Below are positions 1-6,769 of a DNA stretch of 6,769 bases, piece after piece. The DNA is taken from contig NW_021829267.1 of NCBI RefSeq assembly GCF_006345805.1, positions 1-6,769 on the forward strand, written 5' to 3'. The translations under genes were made by a program, and so were the position numbers. Numbering within the stretch: position 1 is the stretch's first letter; every line of letters begins with the position of its first letter. Under the pieces are notes generated by a model that saw only the letters and a list, made by a program, of their open reading frames with translations, searched no databases and was not told where the DNA came from. The stretch is from Octopus sinensis (lineage: Eukaryota).

Positions 1-249
1 GAGATGGCTTATCTCTGGAAAAGCAGCTTAGACCCTATTACATGTCTAAACTCAAGGACAGAACTTTTCGGATCATGCCCATATGTGACAAAATTTTTGT
101 TACGTTTTTTCCCTAAAGAAAACAGATAGAACTTGCTTTCTATATTATGTCCCAAAAAGTTTTTTATCTCATTATACCTTTTATTATTTCATATATTTTT
201 ATATTTTCTACACACATAATAATTTTTTTCTGTACTCTTCTATCCTGCA

Positions 250-830
250 TTTTTCTTGTGCCTATATAGACGTGTATATAGATTCATTTGTACACGTGTG
301 GAATATGTATGAGTGTGCAGTTTTTAGATGTGTGCGTGTGTGCGGGCATAAGAATGCAATATATTATAGACGTTTTTACTTAGTATTTTTCTATTTTTTT
401 AGGTTTATTATTTTTTTTTTTGGGGGGGGGGGGCATTTGTATATTCATTTTTTGTATATGCGTGTGTGTGTATGCGTATATAAACATGTGCGGGTATGTA
501 CATATATGGCCGTGTGTGTATATGAGTGCATAAGGGCATGTCCTTATATGAACATGGTTTTTATGCTTTGTATACTTCCTTATGTCTTTTTCTGTTACCT
601 TTAACCATGGTTTTTCTTGTGCTTGTGCATATATAGACGTATGTATGAACTTTTACGGTACGCGTGTGTGTGTATGAGTTTGTATATATATGCGTATACA
701 TTTGGCGAAAAATGCGAGTGAAGATGTGTACGTTTTCATAGTGACGTATAAGTACGCACGCGGATCCACGAGCGCACATGTGAGCGTATGACTAGCCATG
801 TTTACGTGTTTACTATGAACTTTTAATCTT
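250..830. repeat. Degenerate GT/AT-rich low-complexity region with diverged internal repeats
   Basis: ttttcttgtgc..tatatagacgt..gtac.cgtgtg..tgtatgagt recurs at ~251-315 and ~612-680. tatgaacttttA recurs at ~644 and ~814. There are T/G homopolymers at ~409-432. Confidence 0.45.
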
Positions 831-890
831 AATTTATATAAGTAGCAGATTTAACACAGTAATTTCCCTTTATATACGGGTACTTTTTTC

Positions 891-997
891 ATAGCAGTTT
901 TTCAGATGGCCAGATAACCGAAGAGATGGTGTTTGGATTTCCACTTCGGCATCTGAAACTCAGAGTTTTATCTTGACAATTGAGTAATTGTAACATA

Positions 998-1008
<11 letters not shown>
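891..1008 (+). mobile_element. Partial copy of a short Penelope-like (pLTR-like/non-autonomous) repeat; left arm of an inverted repeat
   Basis: It is the reverse complement of 1147-1263, with about 9 differences in ~118 nt by manual alignment. It contains a hammerhead-like motif and abuts (AT)n. Confidence 0.65.
912..973 (+). ncRNA. Type I hammerhead ribozyme-like motif (variant core)
   Basis: Helix I is AGATAA(912-917)/TTATCT(968-973). The core is CCGAAGA(918-924) versus canonical CUGANGA. Helix II is GATG(925-928)...CATC(950-953), then one extra T, then GAAA(955-958). Helix III is ACT-cag-AGT inside the palindrome AAACTC-A-GAGTTT. The predicted cleavage triplet is GUU, cutting after 967. 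Confidence 0.55.
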
Positions 1009-1053
<45 letters not shown>

Positions 1054-1081
1054 ATATATATATCATACATATATATATATT
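1006..1081. repeat. (AT)n microsatellite, interrupted
   Basis: Read directly from the sequence. Confidence 0.95.
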
Positions 1082-1263
1082 GGTAAAAACGGTAAGATTA
1101 CAAAAGAAGAAAGAGACCTCAATATTTGTAAATAGAGATATTTATCTATAAAATAATATGTTACAATTATTCAATAGTCAAGATAAAACTCTGAGTTTCG
1201 GATGCCGAGGTGGAAATCCACAACACCATCTCTTCGGTTATCTGGGCATCTGAAAAACGCTAT
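1081..1263 (-). mobile_element. Longer copy (~183 bp) of the same Penelope-like short repeat; right arm of the inverted repeat
   Basis: 1147-1263 is complementary to 891-1008. An extra 1081-1146 segment (tggtaaaaacggtaagattacaaaag...) runs into the (AT)n tract. Confidence 0.65.
1181..1243 (-). ncRNA. Type I hammerhead ribozyme-like motif (variant core), second copy
   Basis: The minus strand reads AGATAA-CCGAAGA-GATGgtgttGTGGatttCCACctcggCATC-C-GAAACTcagAGTT-TTATCT. It has the same three helices as 912-973, with an intact inner GTGG/CCAC stem. Confidence 0.55.
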
Positions 1264-1729
1264 ATGTATATAGTACAAAGTAAGATAGGGGTTATGGGTG
1301 TAACCCACTATGGGATATCATTAATCCAATATACTGTTGGTAAAGTACCCAAGTTCTTAATACATACAACACTATAATATCCGTAAGTTGCTGAACAAAC
1401 TAAATTTGCTTCTCCATTTTCTTATTTGTATTATATATATTTTAAACTGTCATATACATTCTATAGTTATACTTATACATATTTACATATATATTATATA
1501 AATTTATACATTTTTGATACAACAATTATTTTACACACGTTTATATCTTTCTGAAGAATCTTCTAATATTGATTTCCTGATATTAATAATAATATATTTT
1601 ATAAAATTTATATAATCGCTCGTATTAAATATATAAATACTTTAATAGTATTAATACTTCGATACAATAGAGCACTTAATATAGATTCAGTATATAATAT
1701 ACTCATTGAATATATTTAACTAAAGATTT

Positions 1730-1733
<4 letters not shown>

Positions 1734-1773
<40 letters not shown>

Positions 1774-1796
1774 TGTATATGTACCTACACACACAC

Positions 1797-1872
<76 letters not shown>

Positions 1873-1895
1873 TGTATATATGTATATATATATGT
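1734..1895. repeat. Compound (AT)n/(CA)n microsatellite
   Basis: Read directly from the sequence. Confidence 0.95.
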
Positions 1896-2104
1896 GCATA
1901 TTTATGTATATGTTTAATTAATCCTTTTTATATATTATATAAACCCTTCGCCCGGCCTTTTCTCTTTGTATAACCATTTTGCAAGTACCGTGCTTACAGA
2001 CATGCGCAGATACACTTGAATAAACAAACAGCCATACCACCCAAAGAGGAAAGTGGGTGGGAGATGCTACACAGTCAAACAGTCAGTTATATTAATGCAT
2101 CTAA

Positions 2105-2202
2105 ACACACGAACACACACACTTCCGCTCACAAACACATGCAGACACACATGCACATAGACACAGACAGACACACACACACACATACACACACACACAC
2201 AC
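2105..2202. repeat. Degenerate (CA)n tract
   Basis: Read directly from the sequence. Confidence 0.9.
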
Positions 2203-2365
2203 CAGTGGTGGGCCCAGGGGGGGGGGGCTGGCGGTTCTGGGGAGCATGTGCCCGATCGAGAAAAGAAGTACGCCCTTCTAAATAATGTTATTACGCCATT
2301 TTCTCCTGGAACTGTATTTCCTAATGGTCTTGTGCCCTCCCTTCGAAACATTTCTGGGGCCGACC

Positions 2366-2368
<3 letters not shown>
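2203..2368. mobile_element. Putative ~166-bp MITE (hAT-like CAG...CTG ends) sitting in a (CA)n tract
   Basis: This GC-richer island has imperfect terminal inverted repeats: CAGTGGTGGGCCCAG versus revcomp of the 3' end CAGGGTCGGCCCCAG (11/15). A TSD cannot be assessed inside CA repeats. Confidence 0.4.

Positions 2369-2421
<53 letters not shown>
2369..2421. repeat. Perfect (CA)26 microsatellite
   Basis: Read directly from the sequence. Confidence 0.97.
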
Positions 2422-2424
<3 letters not shown>

Positions 2425-2544
2425 TGCAAGCACATATGCGGAAATTAATATAAGCACATGCGCACACGGAAAATATACTCATACACATGCATGTACACAA
2501 GGACGAATTCTGTGCACGTTGACTGATAAATATATTTCTTTTCT

Positions 2545-2840
2545 AGATCTTTTCAAGCCTAGCCAGTTTCATGGGCCCGGTTTCCTGGTTTCTATGGCAT
2601 ATGTGTTCCCCATCCAGCTGGACGGGACGCCAGTCCATCGCAGCGCTACTCAAGAAACAAGAAGAAAGTGCGAGAGGAAGTTGGGGCAAAAGAGTACAGC
2701 AGGGGTCACCACCACCGCCTGCCGGAGCCTCGTGGAGCTTTAGGTATTTTCGCTCAATAAACATACACAACGCTCGGTCTGGGAATCGAAACTTCGATCC
2801 TCCGACTGCGAGTCCGCTGCCCTAACCACTGGCCATTGCG
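2545..2840 (-). mobile_element. tRNA-derived SINE, near full length, with V-SINE-like central domain
   Basis: On the minus strand: A-box-like TGGCCAGTGG (2835-2826), B box GTTTCGATTCCC (2792-2781), and CTGCGATGGACTGGCGTCCCGTCCAG (2643-2618), which resembles the V-SINE conserved domain. Confidence 0.85.
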
Positions 2841-2984
2841 GGTGAGAGATATTATCATGGATGAGATATTGGGAATACGAAAAGATACAATAAAAGAGCA
2901 ACATTGATAACAATGGCATTTATGGTTGTAGCAGGCGGGGGGGGGGATGAAAATATTATACTATAGCTACTTAAAATGGTTTGC

Positions 2985-3099
2985 TGATACCATCGATACC
3001 AGTACTTGAGTTGTACTTTGTTTTATCGAACCCGAAAGAATGAAAGGTAAAATCGACCTCGGCGGAATTTCAATTGAAAACGTGAAGACGGCCGAAATG
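2985..3099 (-). mobile_element. Diverged SINE fragment with Deu/Nin-like domain
   Basis: The minus strand reads ...aaattccgccgaggtcgattttacctttcattctttcgggttcgataaaacaaagtac..., resembling the Deu/Nin motif GCCTTTCATCCTTYCGRGGTCGATAAAATRAGTACC. The A box is missing and the B box is degenerate. Confidence 0.75.
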
Positions 3100-3214
3100 G
3101 TGTGTTTGCTTTAAATGTTCTACCGATGTATACAGTGAGTGAGTTTCTTTGCCCTAGGTGTCGGGAATGCATTCAGCAAGAACTGGAAATAAAACTGAAA
3201 GAAGAAGAAGAGAA

Positions 3215-3274
<60 letters not shown>
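3215..3274. repeat. Perfect (GAT)20 microsatellite, preceded by short (GAA)n
   Basis: Read directly from the sequence. It generates the poly-M, poly-H and poly-I ORF artefacts. Confidence 0.97.
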
Positions 3275-3276
<2 letters not shown>

Positions 3277-3500
3277 CTTTTATTGGCCACCAGGGCCCAA
3301 GGCATGGAGGATGATATGAAAGGACGAGTTCCAACACACAAAACAGGTGGGGTTTACATCGCTCAAGGGAAGACACTACAACAAATATATATATATAAAT
3401 AGAAATTAGAAAAATATATAAATAATTAATAGAATCCCAAATATCCGGGTAGTCAGCTAGGAGTAATTCGAAGTAAACTTCCCACAAAAGGTCCCGGATT
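3275..3500 (-). mobile_element. Probable 3' end/UTR of a non-LTR retroelement with (ATC)n tail
   Basis: The minus strand ends ...gtggccAATAAAagaa(ATC)20, with AATAAA at 3284-3279. The family is not identifiable from the sequence alone. Confidence 0.45.
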
Positions 3501-3501
3501 T

Positions 3502-3949
3502 TGAGAATATTTGGGCCTCAATCTAGCCGACGAACAGATTCACATAGCTGGGGCCCATTCTCGTTCCTATGGCCACTCTCGAGAAATATTGGTAAAAATC
3601 CCCCGCGAACGAGAAGCAGTCGATGGAGAAAACAAGTGTGGAAGTTTCAGGTTGGAAGTTGGGTCGAAGATCTAGGAAGTGTTACAGTACAAGAAGTTCT
3701 TCTCTGTGGGGGATCACCATATATAGCTTCTTAATATCAAGAGTGAAGAGACGTTTAAAGAGGCCAGGAGAGAAGGAGAAGCAGTTGAAGACACGTGGAT
3801 GTGAGAGGGGAAGGATACCACTAGGGGACAAGGACACGGTTGAGATATTTTGAGATCAATTCCGTGGGGGCAGTTACAAGCGGAGTCGATGGAGGAGGGG
3901 CCGGGTTGTAAGGCTTGTGGATTTTGGGAAGGGAGTAAATGATGGGGTT
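3502..3949 (-). pseudogene. Decayed Penelope-like element reverse-transcriptase fragment (Neptune-like)
   Basis: Manual minus-strand translation: PIIYSLPKIHKPYNP / PIDSACNC / PTELISKYLNRVLV / PLVVSFPSHIH / FNCFSFSPGLFKRLFTLDIKKLYMVIPHREELLVL*HFLDLRPNFQPETSTLVFSIDCFSFAGDFYQYFSRVAIGTRMGPSYVNLFVG*IEAQIFS. This matches the PLE RT motifs YxLPKIHK..RPIVS, LFTxDxxxLY (motif A Asp at 3738-3736) and GVAMGTxMGPSYANLF. Stops are at 3684-3682 and 3525-3523, with several frameshifts. Confidence 0.9.
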
Positions 3950-4137
3950 ACTGAAGCCATGCTGGAGCATTGCCTGTAGTCGAACAAATCGACCCCAGGA
4001 CTTATTATTTGTAAGCTAGTATTAATTCTATCAGGTTACATTGCCGAACCGCAAAGTTTACGGGAACGTAAGCACACCAAAATCTGTCGTCAAGTGAGGA
4101 AAGGGGACAAACACAGACACACAAATACATGCATATA
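3950..4137 (-). mobile_element. 3' half of a SINE of the same family as 5586-6030, in opposite orientation
   Basis: The reverse complement aligns with ~5822-5995 (tgtgtctgtgtttgtcccc...cttgac...ggtgtg.ttacgt..ccgtaa.tt.gcggttcggc...ataagtcctggggtcgatttg.tcgacta...tgctccag). Confidence 0.9.
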
Positions 4138-4144
4138 TTATCTC

Positions 4145-4434
<290 letters not shown>

Positions 4435-4814
4435 CAATAAAATTCATTAAAAATGAACTTGGTTGCAATGTTACACACAGCCAAACGGCGCATAATGGGA
4501 AAACTTTGGAAGTAACCCCTGAAATGTGAATACAAACGGAATGAAACAAGTTTTACGTAAATCGGACCAATGGATATTGAGATGTTCGGGGTTTTGGGGG
4601 TATAAATACCAAAAACGGTGCATGATACGAAAATACTCCGAAAATAACTTAATCTCGAAAGGGAAGAAACTCTAACCTTTCCATTAGACACATGATGATG
4701 AGCAAAATATTTTTAAGTGAAAGGGACTTTAGAAATACGGTAAATATTTTTTGATGTGAAATAATTTCTTTCAATAGGTTTCTTTCGTGTGCATTCAATG
4801 TATCTCACCTCCAA

Positions 4815-4928
4815 AGTTTTGGCTGATATTTCTAGTACGCCCTGCTACCACCTAACAGCTATTTGCGTAAAGGACCAGAAATGCCTGTTATGTGTTAGTA
4901 GGGCGTGCAAGAAATAGCAGCTAAATCT
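4815..4928. other. Long hairpin: 44-bp arms (4815-4858 / 4885-4928), 26-nt loop
   Basis: 36/44 Watson-Crick pairs plus 3 G-U pairs on the + strand. Confidence 0.85.
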
Positions 4929-4999
4929 TTCTTCTCAGGGTAAAGGAGCAATTTCCACGTGATTTCAATGTAATATTCGTTGAAAGCATGCAGAATAAC

Positions 5000-5049
5000 C
5001 TGGAAAAGAAACAAAAAAAAAAATCCCGTTAGTAGAAAGTCAGACTTAC
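5000..5049 (-). other. 50-nt cluster of consensus spliceosomal intron signals
   Basis: The minus strand reads GG|GTAAGTCTGACTTTC-TACTAAC-GGGA-poly(T)-GTTTCTTTTCCAG|G. The signals are directly visible; use in vivo is unproven. Confidence 0.4.
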
Positions 5050-5585
5050 CCGGTGACCCAACAGGTCACTGATTGTCTAGTAATACATCAAAATGAACTT
5101 CAATCTTGTTTGCTTGCTTGCTTGCAATGTTACATAGCCAAATTGGCGCATAATGGGAGAATACCATGAAAGTAAAGTGCCCCTTAAATGTGAATACAAA
5201 CGGAATAAAACAAGTTTCGCGTAAATCGGACAACTGGTTGTTGAGATATTAGGAGTTGAGATATTAGGAGTGCATAATGGGAAAATACTCTGAAAACAAC
5301 TTAACTTTGGAAGGAAGAAATTCTAACGTTTCGATTAGACACATTAATGATTTCTTTAAAGAAAAAAATACGAGTTTTTTCTTCAGTAAATGTTTCTATT
5401 TTTGCTTTTGTTAAACACAATATTTTAATCAATTACAAATATTTTTAAGTGAATGTGATTTCAAAAATGCAAGTTGTTTGTACAGTAAGTATTTATATAT
5501 TTAGATTTCTTTAAACGAACAAAATCTTAATGTTTTTTAAAAATTATTTTCAAGTGAATACCATTACAAACATTTTTTCGCATAT

Positions 5586-5778
5586 AGGCGTAAGAATGGC
5601 CGTGTGGTAAGTAGCTTGCTTACGGACCACATGGTTCCGGATTCAGTCCCACTGTGTGGCACCTTGGGCAAGTGTCTTCTATTACAGCCTCGGGCCGACC
5701 AAAGCCTTGTGAATGGTTCTGGTAGACGGAAATTGAAAGAAACTGTCGTGTATGTATGTATGTATGTATGTATGTATG

Positions 5779-5809
<31 letters not shown>

Positions 5810-6030
5810 GTGTGTGTATGTTTATGTGTCTGTGTTTGTCCCCCCAACATCTCTTGACAACCGATGCTGGTGTGTTTACGTCTCCGTAACTTAGCGGTTC
5901 GGCTAAAGACCGATAGAATAAGTACTAGGCTTACTAGGAATAAGTCCTGGGGTCGATTTGCTCGACTAATGGCGTGTGCTCCAGTATAGCCATAGGCAAA
6001 TGACTAAAACAAATAAAAGAGTAAAAGAGT
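5586..6030 (+). mobile_element. Full-length tRNA-derived SINE with CORE-like motif and internal microsatellite
   Basis: A box TGGCCGTGTGG (5597-5607), B-box-like GGATTCAGTCC (5639-5649), MIR/CORE-like ACCTTGGGCAAGT (5661-5673), internal (TATG)n(TA)n(TG)n at ~5751-5820, and a short repeated tail AAAAGAGTAAAAGAGT. Confidence 0.9.
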
Positions 6031-6169
6031 ATTTAAAAAAAAATTAAAGTGGAAGTGATTTTTAAAATGCGCTAAATATTTCTTAAGAGACCCGTTCTTA
6101 ACCTCGGTGCGAAATACTATTTTCCCGTAGGTTTCTTTTTCGAGTGCATTCAACATATCTCACCTCCAA

Positions 6170-6284
6170 AGATTTGGTTGCTATTTCTAGCACGCCCTGC
6201 TACTACGTAACAGCTATTTGCGATAAAGGACCCGAAATACCTGTTATGTGGTAGTAGGGCGTGCAAGAAATAGCAGCGAAATCT
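6170..6284. other. Long hairpin, paralog of 4815-4928: 44-bp arms (6170-6213 / 6241-6284), 27-nt loop
   Basis: 38/44 Watson-Crick pairs plus 4 G-U pairs on the + strand. TATTT/AAATA inside the loop can extend the stem. Confidence 0.9.
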
Positions 6285-6441
6285 TTCCTTCTGGGGAAAG
6301 GAGCCGTTTACGCGCGATTTCATAAGCAATTTCGCATAAAGCTTTATTCTCTGGAAGAATATGCAGAGCAAGAATCCTCTTTTCAGCATGGATATTATTC
6401 ACATAAAAGCTACATGTATTATCACAGTACAGAAAGCCATT

Positions 6442-6769
6442 GGATCTCTTCGGTTTGAACTGCAGTTTTTTTCTAGAGGTGTCATATGATATTGTCACCC
6501 ATAATTAATACCCTAATATCGATCTATTGCATTTCAATCTGTTTTAGGGTTAGGGGTTAGAGTTAGGGTTAGGGTTAGGGGGAAGGGTATCTTTTTTTTC
6601 TTCAGAAATAGAAATAAACCCAATCTGTTTCTTAAACGACATACGAGAAACAAGCATTTATACGGCAACAGAATGTTTTCACCTCAACAGACTTCATTGA
6701 TTGCTTGAAATTGCAAAAATTGAAGAAAAAAACAACAATAAATATCTTACAAACTATAGAATTTTCTCA
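6442..6769. mobile_element. MITE-like octopus repeat, truncated by the window edge
   Basis: It begins GGATCTCTTCGGTTTGAACTGCAGTTTTTT. From memory this resembles the terminal inverted repeat of an abundant octopus non-autonomous DNA element. The other end is outside the window, so a TIR/TSD cannot be confirmed. Confidence 0.5.
6544..6582 (+). repeat. Six telomere-like TTAGGG units (four exact, one TTAGGGG, one TTAGAG), interstitial
   Basis: Read directly from the sequence. Confidence 0.9.

Larger units (their letters stand above)
4450..5089. repeat. Unit 1 of a diverged ~640-bp tandem duplication
   Basis: 4450-4693 aligns with 5090-5344, and 4775-4965 aligns with 6128-6320. The best blocks are about 88% identical by manual count. 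Confidence 0.85.
5090..6360. repeat. Unit 2 of the tandem duplication, expanded by AT-rich subrepeats and a SINE insertion
   Basis: Its blocks are collinear with unit 1 on both sides of the SINE at 5586-6030. Confidence 0.75.

Noticed and set aside
272-779. ORFs 272..604 (+) and 561..779 (-)
   Set aside because: They are V/C/Y/H/T-biased translations of GT/AT low-complexity DNA with no domain signature.
2037-2060. 7-bp inverted repeat CCACCCA/TGGGTGG
   Set aside because: It is short enough to occur by chance, with no supporting context.
2016-2825. Cluster of overlapping ORFs with HT/CV runs
   Set aside because: They are read-through of (CA)n tracts, the MITE candidate and the antisense SINE.
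3102-3487. Poly-Met, poly-His and poly-Ile ORFs
   Set aside because: All are frames of the (GAT)20 microsatellite.
3501-3853. Plus-strand ORFs 3501..3734 and 3623..3853
   Set aside because: They are antisense shadows of the minus-strand RT fossil.
5597-5650. tRNA gene (also considered for 2781-2840)
   Set aside because: These are A/B-box heads continuing into SINE bodies, with no complete cloverleaf or acceptor stem.
4450-6320. CRISPR-like or other prokaryotic repeat system
   Set aside because: There are no short regularly spaced repeats with unique spacers, and the context is clearly animal DNA.
6150-6498. ORFs 6150..6389, 6244..6498 and 6261..6458 as real coding exons
   Set aside because: They overlap the hairpin. 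The paralog in unit 1 has a frameshift and stops relative to them, so coding is not conserved.
6544-6582. True chromosome end
   Set aside because: There are only six imperfect units, with ordinary sequence continuing on both sides.

Overview
AT-rich, microsatellite-dense animal genomic DNA with no intact protein-coding gene. The SINE and MITE families resemble octopus (coleoid cephalopod) repeats; this is recalled from memory, not from a database search. The window is a stack of mobile-element relics. (1) A ~118-bp inverted repeat (891-1008 / 1147-1263) flanks an (AT)n tract, and each arm folds into a type I hammerhead-ribozyme-like motif with the palindromic helix III typical of Penelope-like elements (PLEs). 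(2) A decayed PLE reverse-transcriptase fragment lies on the minus strand (3502-3949) and was missed by the ORF track. (3) There are four tRNA-derived SINE copies or fragments from three families (V-like, Deu/Nin-like, CORE-like domains). (4) A ~640-bp tandem duplication carries a 44-bp-stem hairpin in each unit, and unit 1 has a 50-nt consensus intron-signal cluster on the minus strand. (5) A MITE-like element with internal TTAGGG repeats runs off the window end. All listed ORFs look like repeat artefacts.
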